Assembly: GCA_002269645.1 (NCBI GenBank)
Contig: NIVC01004185.1
Coordinates: forward strand, 1-56,266
Reading direction: 5' to 3'
From: Macrostomum lignano
Lineage: Eukaryota
Length of the DNA: 56,266 nucleotides
In this document: positions 31,480 through 43,803 of the stretch, piece by piece
How the letters are laid out: each line of letters starts with the position of its first letter
Position numbering within the stretch: the first letter of the stretch is position 1
Program-made: the position numbers and the translations under genes
Notes under the pieces: generated by a model
Told to the model about the DNA's origin: nothing
Database searches by the model: none
Seen by the model: the letters and a program-made list of their open reading frames with translations, nothing else

Positions 31480-33096
31480 CTAATTCAGCAACCGATACAC
31501 ACACAGCCGTTTCCTACCCCAATCGCACACAATAAGAGCATTGACCTGTTCACAACGCAATAGCGTCAGTCCAGTTGGATGCTTGAATGTTCTAGCACCG
31601 ACAGATCTTGAGCTGCTGGCTTTGCTGGTTGAGCTGCATATAGTGTCAGTTCTACTCTTAGCTGTACTCGATGGATCCGACGATGTCCTGCATGATCCGT
31701 CCAGACGTCGAATGGCGCTAAAATCTCCAACGCTCAGCGCGAGTACCTGGTTGGCGTTCCGCTCCGAAACGAAAGCTACGCCGCTCACGGGGTCGACAGC
31801 GACACGCCAGGGATGGTGGAGCTCGCTCTGACCGTCAGCTGGGTAAGTCGCTATGAGCTCCTGACTGATGGTGCACAGTCGGTGAAGCCGGTCATTCTCC
31901 AAGTCCAACAGGATTAACTTGGATCCGCACAGAGCCAAGCCATCTAGTCCGCCAACGTTGAAGTTTTTGAGATTGATCACCCGCTCCAGACCGTAAGTTC
32001 CCTGGTCAATTATAAGTATTTCTCTATTCACTTTGTCCAAAAGAAGTATCGTATTTGAGTCGCAGGCCATGTCGCTCACTAGCAGACTGGAAGAAGATGC
32101 GTCTAAATTTAGACTTCGTCTATCTATCAGCCTTTCTAAGTGACCACTAAGATCTGTGACTGTCACTGCAGAGCCCTGCGCTATGAATAACAGTTGTCTA
32201 ACGCTGTCGCAGTGAATGCCAAGAATCCAGTTGGACCAATTGATTCCTTCGCAGTGGCAGCGAAATCGACTGTTGATGCTTTCCTGTTTATCATTCACAA
32301 TCGTTGTTACCAAAAGGTGTTCAACTTGCTTTCGCCCGAAAGCCACATAGATCAAAGGCATCGGCAAGCACGACGCATCTTCTAAACCTTCAGCATCGAT
32401 GGCTCGAATTATGCGACACGAGGCATCACTAAAGAAACCCGAGGAATTGGTGCAACAGGTCACGTGATAGGGAGTACTTTCGAGTTTACTAATTAATCCT
32501 ATCGGTAGGCAAACATCCTGCTCTGCTTCGTTGAATTTTTCCAAGTCTAGCCAACACCGCTTCATCACTTTCCTCACGTGTCGGTCGGTCTCAAACAGCA
32601 ACTCCTGAATCCCTGCTGCCACATCGCCGACAACTCTGAAACTGACGCCTTCACTCGCGTAACTTTGCCTGCTGCGCAGCTCTGAACGAGCTCTTTTGAA
32701 TTCGGATACTCTCTTGTGAGCTTCTAGCAGCCAGGCTTGATTTGCGTCTGTCATGGTACTCTGCTCAATAGTAACAGACGAATCTTTCTTGAGCTGTTGT
32801 GCTCGTGAGGCATCTTCCAATCTCTGAGCTACTGAGTCTTCTATCGATCTCAATCGAGTGACGATTTTTGACCTCCAACTAAGAAGCTTCTCCTGTACAG
32901 CATCGAACATTGCGTGGGTTTCTTGAATTTCCGTCGCCAGAATCTTCAGTTCAGTTTTCGAAGCTGTAGTTTCTTCGACTGACATACTAAGAAAGTTCAG
33001 CTTGTGTAGAACATCGTTTTCTTGTGCTGTTAAATAGATGGGATTTTCAGCACAATCGGACGAGTTGTTTTTTACGTTTTCGACGTAAATTTCCAT
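31480..33096 (-). CDS. Coiled-coil plus NHL-like beta-propeller protein (TRIM-NHL-like, no RING/B-box visible), 538 aa
   Basis: Single long ORF with an N-terminal heptad-rich region. C-terminal NHL-like repeats HHPWRVAVDPVSGVAFVSER and FKHPTGLTL...IVCDWGRKRLCVY. Confidence 0.75.
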   Translation of the reverse strand: MEIYVENVKNNSSDCAENPIYLTAQENDVLHKLNFLSMSVEETTASKTELKILATEIQETHAMFDAVQEKLLSWRSKIVTRLRSIEDSVAQRLEDASRAQQLKKDSSVTIEQSTMTDANQAWLLEAHKRVSEFKRARSELRSRQSYASEGVSFRVVGDVAAGIQELLFETDRHVRKVMKRCWLDLEKFNEAEQDVCLPIGLISKLESTPYHVTCCTNSSGFFSDASCRIIRAIDAEGLEDASCLPMPLIYVAFGRKQVEHLLVTTIVNDKQESINSRFRCHCEGINWSNWILGIHCDSVRQLLFIAQGSAVTVTDLSGHLERLIDRRSLNLDASSSSLLVSDMACDSNTILLLDKVNREILIIDQGTYGLERVINLKNFNVGGLDGLALCGSKLILLDLENDRLHRLCTISQELIATYPADGQSELHHPWRVAVDPVSGVAFVSERNANQVLALSVGDFSAIRRLDGSCRTSSDPSSTAKSRTDTICSSTSKASSSRSVGARTFKHPTGLTLLRCEQVNALIVCDWGRKRLCVYRLLN

Positions 33097-33722
33097 GTTG
33101 ATTTATCCGAAGCTCGGCAGCCTGTCTATAGGTGTACCTGTTATGAAGCTTAACTGTAACTCTTACATAGCTAATATATATTTGCTCGAGATTTTGTCTG
33201 TCAAACTTACTTTACTGTGTAATTTATTATCTCTAAAATATTTCGATTAAATTATTCTAAATTCACCTATACTAAATGTTATTTCTAAATTCGTGACTTC
33301 AGTATTTATTAGATAAAATCTCTGATTTTACACCAACAATAGCCACAGAGAATTCAGCGAATGCAGAGAGTAAAATAGAACTTGCCATTGTGTACATGCA
33401 GTTCGTACCTGTATATTTACGCATCTGATCTGTATGCACATGAGGAGAGACATTTTCAAAGTGGAATTCAAATTGAAAAGTCCGATGCGAATCACGCGCT
33501 GTTGTTGTGACATTTCGGGCTGGAATTGGCAGACTAAGAAATGTAAACATGAACCGGATAAATGCGGTTTTAAAATGATTTACTCTGCTACTTTTACTTG
33601 CACAGAAACAAAACTAACAAAAACAAATAGCTTTCCGTTTTCTACTTGATTTTCATTTTCAAGTCGACCCAACGAAGGCGTCAACTGCTAGTAAGACCGA
33701 AAGCTCGACTAAAGGCACAGAG

Positions 33723-35567
33723 ATGACTAAATTGCTGCAATTTTCTATCTTCTGTCTCGCTTTCGTTGCAATTAACGCAATCCGATTCGATCTGTCGTCA
33801 AGACAGTCACTAATCCGTAACGAGCAGCGTCACCGATCCAGGGTCAGAGGATTCGGACTTAACTCGAATTCTCCCCACGTGATGAGGATGCAGCAATCGC
33901 TCAAGTCGCAGGTGGTACAACAAAATGATTTTGACATGCTGATAAAATATGAGCATCAAAGAAATCATCGAAAAAAATCAGCAGATGATTATGTGTCAAT
34001 GGCCAGCATTGTCTACAAGAATGGCAAGTTTCGAATTGCCGCCAACACCTGGGCAGATGACGCGTTAGCCTACGGAATGTTGGCCCGTTCGCTCAACAGT
34101 ACCGGCTGGGACGTGCTTGACATCGTGACTACCATGGACAAGTCGTTTAAGAATGATACAGCCGTGATGTACGCTGCTGGATTGCTTGAAGGCTACCTAA
34201 CAGCCGATCGCATCGCCCTGATGTACCAGAACTCGATGGCGGCCGAATTTCCGACTGAGCAAAGTCGAAAAGTGCTACTGCCGAAAGTTCGCAATTTTCT
34301 AACGCGCCAGTACAAATGGGCCCGATGCTTTGCCGCTGAGAATCCGAAGTCTGCTTTTCATAGGCACACAGGATTTGTCATGACTCAGCTTGAAGGACTC
34401 ATCGATGGCTATTCGGCTAGTAACGATTCAGTAGTACGAGATCCGTTTGTGCTGCTCATGCTCAATGCAGCTGGAGATCTTGGCGACATCAAGACTGCGC
34501 TTAACGACACTAAAACAGATTTCTTTGACCGAATGTCCAACGACGAATTTCGAAACTATGTACAATCGACCGGTCACTGCTCGGCTCTCATCAGGGTAAC
34601 GCCGGGCCTAGAACGTCTGTACATGGGGCACTCAACTTGGTCTTCCTACTCAACAATGCTAAGAATTTACAAGCACTATCAAGTGAATCTGTCAGATCCG
34701 GAAGCCGCAAGTCGTGGAATGTCCTTTTCCAGCTATCCCGGGTGTTTAGTGTCCATCGACGATTTCTACATTCTCGACAGCGGTATGGTCATGCTGGAAA
34801 CTACAAATAATGTGTTCAACGTGTCGCTATTTAAAACAGTGAAACCTGAAAGTCTACTCTCGTGGCAGCGAGTCCGGATCGCCAATCAAATAGCACAGAA
34901 CGGTAGTCACTGGGCTTGGGCGGTTAGCCAACAGAACTCGGGGACCTACAACAATCAGTACATGATAATCGATCTCAATCGAATCCATCCTAATGCGTCC
35001 ATCGATGACGGAGCGCTGACTGTCGTGGAGCAGATCCCGACTCTGGTGGTGTCTTCGGATCAGACGGGCCTGCTGCGCACCGGCTATTTCCCTTCCTACA
35101 ACGTGCCGTTCCACGAGACGGTCTACAACCTGAGCGGCTACCCGGATGTGGTGAAGCAGCGCGGCCTGGACTTCTCCTACCAGATGGCGCCTCGAGCGAA
35201 AATCTTCCGCCGGGAGGCACCTCGAGTCTTCGACGCAGCCGGCATGGCGGCCGTCCTTCGCTTCAACGAGTTCGCCGACGATCCGTACTCCGAAGGCGAC
35301 GCGTGCAACAGCATCTGCTGCCGGAGAGACCTGAGACCGGCTGGAAAAGACGCCGCACCGTCGGGCTGCTTGGACTCAAAGTTCACAGATCTGGACATGG
35401 CCAAGTACATGACTAGCTACGCTATCAGCGGGCCTACAACCGGCAGTTCAAGTCGGAAGCTTCCACCCTACGCTTGGAGCCAGTTTTTGAATGTCAGCCA
35501 TTTGGGACTGCCGCCAGTTTACAACTTCAGCTGGGTGACAATGAGCCCCACTGTTCTGCTCGGATGA
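33723..35567 (+). CDS. PLBD1: Phospholipase B-like 1 (Ntn-hydrolase), intronless, 614 aa
   Basis: Signal peptide, nucleophile motif GHCSALIRV, and family motifs SFSSYPG, NSGTYNNQYM, SYNVPFHE, APRAKIFRR and AISGPT, all matching PLBD1. Confidence 0.93.
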   Translation: MTKLLQFSIFCLAFVAINAIRFDLSSRQSLIRNEQRHRSRVRGFGLNSNSPHVMRMQQSLKSQVVQQNDFDMLIKYEHQRNHRKKSADDYVSMASIVYKNGKFRIAANTWADDALAYGMLARSLNSTGWDVLDIVTTMDKSFKNDTAVMYAAGLLEGYLTADRIALMYQNSMAAEFPTEQSRKVLLPKVRNFLTRQYKWARCFAAENPKSAFHRHTGFVMTQLEGLIDGYSASNDSVVRDPFVLLMLNAAGDLGDIKTALNDTKTDFFDRMSNDEFRNYVQSTGHCSALIRVTPGLERLYMGHSTWSSYSTMLRIYKHYQVNLSDPEAASRGMSFSSYPGCLVSIDDFYILDSGMVMLETTNNVFNVSLFKTVKPESLLSWQRVRIANQIAQNGSHWAWAVSQQNSGTYNNQYMIIDLNRIHPNASIDDGALTVVEQIPTLVVSSDQTGLLRTGYFPSYNVPFHETVYNLSGYPDVVKQRGLDFSYQMAPRAKIFRREAPRVFDAAGMAAVLRFNEFADDPYSEGDACNSICCRRDLRPAGKDAAPSGCLDSKFTDLDMAKYMTSYAISGPTTGSSSRKLPPYAWSQFLNVSHLGLPPVYNFSWVTMSPTVLLG

Positions 35568-35803
35568 GGAGCGCTCTCATTTGGTTAATTTGCAATCAAT
35601 GCTATTCACTGCACGACTTTTTATGCATGAATCAATCAAAATACGTTTTAATTTGCATTAATGTGAAATCCGAAAATACATTAGCGATTCGATAAATCGC
35701 GCATCTCGAATTCAGTAGATATTTTGGCTTAACAATAATAGTTGGAAAATAGTTCAATAGTGAAATAACATGAATTATCCATAAAATATATGGTACAAAG
35801 AAT

Positions 35804-36240
35804 ATGAGATGTCAAGGCTTACTGGGGGAATTGCAAAGATGTCAAGACTTACTGGGGGAATTGCAAAGATGTCAAGACTTACTGGGGGAATTGCTGAGAT
35901 GTCAAGGCTTACTGGGGGAATTGCTGAGATGTCAAGGCTTACTGGGGGAATTGCAAAGATGTCAAGACTTACTGGGGGAATTGCTGAGATGTCAAGGCTT
36001 ACTGGGGGAATTGCTGAGATGTCAAGGCTTACTGGGGGAATTGCTGAGATGTCAAGGCTTACTGGGGGAATTGCTGAGATGTCAAGGCTTACTGGGGAAA
36101 TCGCTGAGACTGAGACGTCAAGGTTTACTGGGGGAATAGCTGCAATTTCAAGGCAATTACTGGGGGAATTGCGTAGATGTCAAGGCTTACTGGGGAAATT
36201 GATGTTTAGGTTGTCAAGGCTTACTAGGGGAATTGTTTAA
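35804..36240. repeat. 30-bp minisatellite (AGATGTCAAGGCTTACTGGGGGAATTGCTG), ~14 copies
   Basis: Direct tandem units that decay at the 3' end; the overlapping repetitive ORFs are artefacts. Confidence 0.93.
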
Positions 36241-36379
36241 GTGTCAAGGCAAGGACCACTGGAATTTGGATTATATTGGACTATATTCGTCGCTTAAATA
36301 GTACTTTAGACTTATGTCAAAATACTAGGGGTCATATTGTAGAACAAATGCATTTGCCTCAAGAATTGCTATCTTCATA

Positions 36380-37723
36380 CGAGGCAGGGTTCGGAAAGTC
36401 CGCTATCAAACGTATCTAACAGATTAACGGATTGAACAAATGTAAAGCTACTCTTCCTGCTTCTCAACGTAGGCACCCTTGAGACTTATACACTTGTGCC
36501 ACCTCTCAGGCAATTAACTTCTCGATGCCAGCAGCATAGAAATCGGCAGGTGACTCCCTGACCCACTGGCTGATGGCCGGTGCCAGGGTCTGTAGAGAGC
36601 TGTACTGGCGACCTCGGGGGGGGGGTTCATCTCCCCGAACAGCCAGAAGTCACTGGGTGCGAGGTCCGGCGAGTAGGGCGGGTGTGGCAGCACCTCGAAG
36701 CCCAGGTCCGAAATGGCAGCCATTGTTGCCTGGCTGGTGTGCGGCAGCTGGCATTGTGCTGAAGCAGGATGCCACGGCTCAGCTTGCCACGCCGCTGGGC
36801 CTTGATGGCTTCACGCAACTTCTGCAGGACTTGGATGTAGTACTCACTGTTGATTGTGGCACCACGGGAAAGCCATTCGATGAGCAGAATATACCCTCCT
36901 TGTCCCAGAAGACGGTGACCATTTGCTTGCCAGCTGAAGGTCCAGTCAGGGCCTTGACAGTTGTGGGCTCATGGCTGTGGCCTTCCGCACACTGCTTTGC
37001 ATATTTGGACTCTGGCTCGCTATAATGGAACCAGGATTCATCCACAGTCACAATCGGGTCCAAAAAGTTGGGATCACTGCGATATGACTGGAGGAGCTGC
37101 CGACACACCTGGACCCGCTCTCGCTGCTGCTGGTCAGTCAGAAGTTTCGGGGCCCAACGAGCAACAACGCGCGACATACCGAGCTCAACCGTCAGTATTG
37201 AGTTAATGGCCTTTGATGAGATGCCATGAGTAATGGTTGACAACTTTCGCACTGTGGCTCGGTGGTCACCATCCAGAGCACGATGCACAAGCTCAATGTT
37301 TGGCCTGTTGACCGTGGTGGCAGGCCGGCCGCTCTGTCGAAGGTCATCGACCGTCTCCTCCCAGCCGTCTTCAAAGTGCTGCACCCACTTGTTGACCTCG
37401 TTGCTTGCTTGCAGCTAGTGAAGAATTTCTGTTTGTCGGTTTCCTTGTTTCCCTTGATAATTTATCCTGCTTGAAGTAAGACATCCGAAAGAAATGTCTT
37501 GGTTGTCTGGAAAAAGAGAATGAGGAAATTGACTACGCAGATTCAGCATACTGACTTTAGACCTGAAAACCGTTGGATGGTCAGCTTAAGCTTTCAACAC
37601 ATTTTCATACATCATTAGATCAAAAAAGAGACCTGCATTTACTTCTGAAGAGTCAGGGTCGAAAAAAAACCGGCCTTCTAAACCTTTTGCACAAATTTGG
37701 TGTTGCGCGTCCTTGTACGCTCG
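36380..37723 (-). mobile_element. Mariner (D,D34D) transposon, degenerate
   Basis: Frameshifted transposase with RSGRP-like QSGRP, RWAPKLLT, VTVDESW, PYSPDLAPSDFWLF and C-terminal ERWHKCISLKGAYVEK. The left end is TA-CGAGGCAGGG. The right end is tentatively CTCG-TA at 37720-37725, which gives a typical ~1.3-kb size but a poor TIR match. Confidence 0.8.
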
Positions 37724-37959
37724 TAATGTAGTCCATTTGTGTCAAGTATTAGGGTGAGCCAAAAGTTTTTGGTATTTTTTCGAATCGAACTTTTAGTTTA
37801 TTTTTGTCTATGGAAAAGCTTAAAAGCAGCAACCATCTACTATTCTGTTGGCCAGCCTTATCATCACTCTTTAGCTTAGCATTGCTCAGTTTCCCAGACC
37901 CTGCCTACTTACATGTAAGCCAGCAAACGCATTCAATGGAACTGCCCCAAAGGGGTGGG

Positions 37960-38170
37960 TTTCACAAACGCAAAATTTCACAACCGCTAAAAGCACTTGC
38001 TTTCATAAACGCGAAACTTCACAAACGCGAAACTTCACAACCGCTAAATGTCATCTACTTTCACAACCGCGAAGCTTCATAACCGCCAAAATTTTTGCAC
38101 TTACTTTCATATACAACGTAACAGTGTTTTTAGCGGTTGTGAAGTTTCGCGGTTATGAAGTTTTGAAGTT
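37960..38170. repeat. Cluster of TTCACAA(A/C)CGC repeats that switch to inverted orientation
   Basis: Direct copies at 37960-38085 and inverted GCGGTTGTGAAG copies at 38130-38165; looks like transposon subterminal repeats. Confidence 0.6.
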
Positions 38171-40063
38171 ATGCAGCAATGTCTCTAAAAAAGTCAAATA
38201 AGAAAGTGTACTAGCAATAAAAATCGTTTAAAATATATACGTTTCTTGTGGAACTACGGTATCTGCTAATTTATTTAGGTAAAGATCAGCTATTTGTTTC
38301 AATTTTTAAAAAAGCGGCCTTATATCGCTTTTCCGAGAATACCCGAAGAAACAAGTTCTTTTCAAATTTTCTGGCATGCCAAAATTTTCCGATTTCTTTA
38401 TATAGATGTAACTCAAAAATGGGATAGAATTCGCGAAGGTCTACCAACCTTGATTCTAAAGTATAGAGACGCTCATAATCCACCTAATAAAATGAATAAG
38501 TGCCTTAAGTAAGTGCCTGGTACCAGTACACAAACTTTTGTTTCAAAACTCTTATGATGTATTTTAGGCAAAGACAATTTTTTGTCTTTTTTACCTTGAT
38601 GAATGACTAAATTAGACTACATGACTGTACCTAAAATAGCAATTAATTATAAGTTAACAAGTTTTATTTAAACAATGAAAGCCAAAAGTTCAGACCTATT
38701 TTAGGATATTATGATCTGGATAGGCTAAGTAATACAAACAACAAGTTATGCATATAGGCCTATTTATTGCCTTTTAGGCTTAAAGTTTATGTACCATTGA
38801 TACAAATGTTTATGTACCATAACCTAACTTTAACACTGAAAAAAATCAATGTTAAAAGTAGTGTATGAACCTTTGTTTCTCCCTCACCAGAATCCAGAAA
38901 ACAGCCTATAAACATTCAAATACATAGAAATAATAAAATATATTTGGAAATCTAAGTTGAATAAAAAATAATGACATTTTTTAGGTCAATTTTGCCTAAA
39001 AGTTATGTGCCCATAGTCATACACATCATACACTAAAAATATCTCAATCTGTTTCTGCCTTGATTATGCATATTAAGGACCCTTGTATATACTAGTATTA
39101 GCATAGTTTGGATTATTTATTGGTATACTCTGGGTTTGGTGGAGGAAAAAGTATAGGATCACTTTTGGTATTCTATCGCCAACCTTTGTATATCTGTACT
39201 GTAGCTGTAGCCATACTAAATTTTATTATGCCATCTCTGTAGCTGCAATTCGTTATGTTTTGTCAAATCTCTATATTCCAAATTTCCTCATAGGCCTAGT
39301 CATATTAAAAATTAGAAAAATTAACAAAAGCCACTAATTTCCAAAGTGAAAAGCAAAAATATAAAGCCAAAGTAAAAGTGAGATTAAGCAAAAAGCAAAA
39401 ATTCAAATTTAGCCCCCCCCTAGTAATTTATAGAGATTTTAATAATATATTTAGTTTGATACAACAAAGAAAAATGCATTTTATGTGAGATAGCCAGTAG
39501 TGTATCTATTTATGTAGCCAAAAATATAAAAATTTAAATGAAAGTAATTTTTTTTTACAAAAAGAGAATTTATATTTAATTTATATTGTTATCGGAAATT
39601 ACATATGGTGCTCCAAATCTCCATAATCCATAACTGTAGCCACCAATTGGCAAGAACTCTGTAGCTGCAATCTGTAACCAAATTTTGCTTGAAAAAGTGA
39701 CACTCCAAATTTTCCTGTAACTGTAGCCATAATTATAGTAGAACACTTTAGAATCACTTTTGTATGCTAGGATAAAAATGTTTTCAAATATGTATGTTGA
39801 ATTGAAGTTGTACACTTTTTCATTCTTGAATTCATTATTCATGCAAAATAACAAACTTAAAAATTATACCCTTTTGCAATATTCACTAAGAAAAGACAAT
39901 TATAAAAAGTATTTTAAATCTTTTTATTTGTTAAAAATTGAAAAAAATAAGTTTTTAGGGCACAAAGTTTAATTTTTTTTATTATTGTTGTTCTATATTG
40001 ATAGTGTTGCATATAGCATATTCTATGTAAAGTCATTTTATTTGATCTTAACATGCAAGTATG

Positions 40064-40462
40064 TAGAGGTCGGACGGGATCCCGATCCCGATCCCAAAAT
40101 CTCGGGATCCCGAGGAAAATTGAATTCCCGCGGGACCAGAATCCCGACCCTCAAAAAGTTGAGATTCGGGAACAGGTCTTTCGATTAATAATTTATAGAA
40201 TTAGTGATTACTTAAAGGTATTTTGCTTCAACTTGTACTCGTTATATTATTTACTTTGTTGGTTACAAAACTTCATATCAATTTCGTTGTGTTTTACTTC
40301 TTGATCTTGACAATCTTTTCTCAATTTTGTTAAACTTTACATGGACAATACACTAAAAGACCTGATCCCGATTCCCGAATCCCGATCTCGATCCCGATCC
40401 CGAGAAAAAAATTATTCCCGATCCCGATCCCGCCCGAAGATTTCAATCCCATCCGACCTCTA
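40064..40462. mobile_element. hAT-family MITE (399 bp)
   Basis: TIR TAGAGGTCGGA(C/T)GGGAT, perfect 8-bp TSD CAAGTATG, and subterminal ATCCCG repeats at both ends. Confidence 0.93.
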
Positions 40463-40957
40463 CAAGTATGCCATAGATATAAGCAAAAAATTTTCCACTG
40501 TGTCATGTATACTGATATATGTTAAAAATGGCAAGTACCTTTGTTGTATACTTGAAAATCCTGGCATACATGTTGCCTTCCAAACTATGTTATATGTAAT
40601 ATGATTGTGCATTGAGTGCATTGGGGATCCCTTGTATGTGCTATGATTGTGCTCCAGTTATATCTTGGACTTGGACCCCTTGTGTGTGCTATGCAAGAAT
40701 TTTCTTTAGCCAAGGCCACCTTCTTGACTATGGTTGAAACTTGAATAAATGAGGTTAGAGTTTGCAATTAATTTGTTGTAGTCAGTTACTATTGATCTAC
40801 TGAATTAGGCCTAACTACTAATTTATGATTTTATTCTTAATTGATAATTGTTATTGAAGTTACAAGGCAAGGCAGTTACTTTTAATTAAGAAAGTCTTAT
40901 AATTTATATTCAGAATTATGAAATTTTCATCAAAAAATTATAGTACAACAAATACAT

Positions 40958-41113
40958 GCGCAGCTTTGGGAATCACCCGGCCGTTTCTATTGGCAACACA
41001 CATATGTAAGTCGCTATTGGACGGAAAAGTAGTCACGTGACTGGTATCAGCCAATAGCAACTTACATGTGTGTGTTGCCAATAGAAACCGCCAAGTGAAT
41101 CCCAAGGTTGCGC
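40958..41113. mobile_element. Palindromic foldback element / MITE with a central E-box
   Basis: Inverted arms of ~60 bp (core 40983-41020 versus 41051-41086 with 2 mismatches) around AGTCACGTGACT. Confidence 0.6.
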
Positions 41114-41298
41114 CCAAGCATGTAGTACAAGATATTTGAAATTGAAATTCTAATCTTGAGAGGTCAACAAAATAATGCATATCAAATAAAATGGTTGCAT
41201 TAAACAAATATCATTTAAATCAAACTGTCTGTTTGAATACCTTATTTCAAATCAATGTTTAGTCTTACACACTGACTCCTTTCTATCCTATGATTTAG

Positions 41299-43722
41299 CT
41301 ATGACTGGGTTGAGATCTGCGACCCTCGGACTAGAATACAGATGTATGTCAACTTGGACAGTGGCGAGTGCACTGAATCACCTCCAGAAGGCAGTCGAGT
41401 TAAGCCACTTGACAGCAATCAATGGTGGGAATTCTATGACCAAGCCTCAAATCGGAACTATTATTATAATTATATGACTGGCAACACCATGTGGGAGAGG
41501 CCGCCATATGCTGATATTATTCCTCTGGCAAGGTTTCTGGTAAGTTGTCTCTGCTTGATTGTTTTGATTGAGTCTTTCCTTGAGAAGCATTCATTGATTA
41601 CTACCATAGAGTCTTTGTCTAAATGCGGAATCACAGAGATTGTTCTATGGGATGTGTCCATAGGGATTATCGATTTGTTACTATTGGGGTTTCCAAATCT
41701 ACATGGGGATTGTTGCTATGAGATTTCTGTCTCTAATCTCTGATCGTTGCTATGGGATTTTTGTCTCTAATGGGGATCGTTGCTATGGGATTTCTGTCTC
41801 AAATGGAGATCGTTGCTATGGGATTTCTGATTCTAATTGGGATCGTTGCTATGGGATTTCTGACTCTAATGGGGATCGTTGCTATGGGATTTCTGTCTCT
41901 GATGGAGATCGTTGCTATGGAATTTCTGTATCTAATATGTATCGTTGCTATGGGATTTCTGATTCTAATGGGGATCGTTGCTATGGGATTCCTATGCGTG
42001 TCTATGAATGTGGTTGCTATGCGGTTTCCATGTTTAATCTGGGGATTTTTGCTATGGGATTTGTGTTTTTCCTTGAGAGTAGTGATTTATTTTTTATTAA
42101 GTTCAAGCAACTAAGGTTGAATATTGCATTCGTTTTTATTGCAGACTCCTCAGCACTACGCCTCATCTTCGGCGCACTCGGAATCTGGCCGTAGTCAGTC
42201 CGTTGAGGTGAGGTCAGGCATCGGGGATGAGGGTTTGAATGGGACAAAAAATTCCCAGGTCGATAGTTAAGAGTTGGCCTTCATTTAGCTCACGGATGTT
42301 CCATTGTTCAGATTATCCGCTAGTTTCCTGTATTCATCTTGTTTCCTTGTTAGGCTTGTTTTAAACAGTTTGTGGGAACAAAAGTGACTGTGGGGTTAGA
42401 GTCTTTCACAAACTTGATTGTAATCCTTTTGCATTTTTGCTGACTTTTTTACAACCATATAAACAGTAAATGGTGAAAGTTTAGGTAAAGTTTGCATAAT
42501 GAGCATTTTGAGGATTTTGTGAAGTTTTAGAATCGTGAAGATTTTGGAAGAATCATGATAATGATTTGGGATTTTACGAGTATGAAGTCGAGAGAATTAT
42601 GAAGATTGCGGGAGTTGCGAGTATTTGGGGATATCGTGAAGGTTGGGGACTTCATGAAGATTAAGGATTTTGTGAAGATTCGGGGATTTCGTGAAGATTC
42701 GGGGATTTCGTGAAGATTGGAAACTTTGTGAAGATTGGGGAATTTGTGAAGTTTTGGTAATTCGTAAAGATTAGGGAATTTTATGAAGATTAAGGATTTT
42801 GTGAAGATTCGGGGGTTTTGTGAAGATTGGGGGATTTTGTGAAGATTTGGGATTTTATGAAGATTGATGGATTTTGTGAGGATTGATGGATTTTGTGAGG
42901 ATTGATGGATTTTGTGAGGATTGATGGATTTTGTGAGGATTGATGGATTTTGTGAGGATTGATGGATTTTGTGAGGATTGATGGATTTTGTGAGGATTGA
43001 TGGATTTTGTGAGGATTGATGGATTTTGTGAGGATTGATGGATTTTGTGAGGATTGATGGATTTTGTCAGGATTGATGGATTTTGTGAGGATTGATGGAT
43101 TTTGTGAGGATTGATGGATTTTGTGAGGATTGATGGACTTTGTGAGGATTGATGGATTTTGTGAGGATTGATGGATTTTGTGAAGATTGATGGATTTTGT
43201 GAGGATTGATGGATTTTGTGAGGATTGATGGATTTTGTGAGGATTGATGGATTTTGTGAGGATTGATGGATTTTGTGAGGATTGATGGATTTTGTCAGGA
43301 TTGATGGATTTTGTGATGCTTGATGGATTTTGTGAAGATTGATAAATTTTGTGAAGATTGATGGATTTTGTGAAGATTGGGGGATTTTGTGAAGACTAGG
43401 GATTTCATGAAGATTGCGCGATTTTTAAAGATTCAGGGATTCTGTGAAGATTAGTTTTTTTAAGATTCGATGATTTTTTTAAATTTTGGGCTTTTGTGAA
43501 AGCTGTCTTTGATTTCTTTCGAAGGATTTCTTTCGATTACGTTTTGTCTTGCGAAAAAAACTAGCTTTCTGTGTATGGAGCTTTTTCTTGAACTTGCTTT
43601 ATAATTTTTGTTACTTAATATTTTAGCGCCAGCCTCAGCCGCTGCCTCCGGCGCCAACATCAATGGAATTTACTGGCGCCGGCAGAGTTGGCTCCGTCTA
43701 TTTCAGCCCTTCCAGTGTGCAG
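41299..43722 (+). CDS. ARHGAP39: ARHGAP39/Vilse RhoGAP, 5' exons (tandem WW domains); the gene is incomplete in this annotation
   Basis: Exon 41299-41539 reads YDWVEICDPRTRIQMYVNLDSGECTESPP...NQWWEFYD...YYYN...TMWERPPYADIIPLARFL, matching the ARHGAP39 N-terminal WW pair. Phase-0 candidate exons 42145-42207 and 43627-43722 follow in frame with canonical splice sites but are less certain. Confidence 0.8.
41700..42050. repeat. 30-bp intronic minisatellite (GATCGTTGCTATGGGATTTCTGTCTCTAAT-like)
   Basis: About 10 tandem degenerate units. Confidence 0.9.
42540..43450. repeat. 19-bp minisatellite TTGATGGATTTTGTGAGGA with degenerate flanks
   Basis: Homogeneous core at ~42860-43320, with divergent TTTGTGAAGATT units on both sides. 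Confidence 0.93.
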
Positions 43723-43803
43723 GTGAGAGAGGCCAATGCTGATTGTTTTAGCTTTGCTAAGAACTGTTTACTGATGTGTCGGATACTGTAGTATTTATTT
43801 GGG

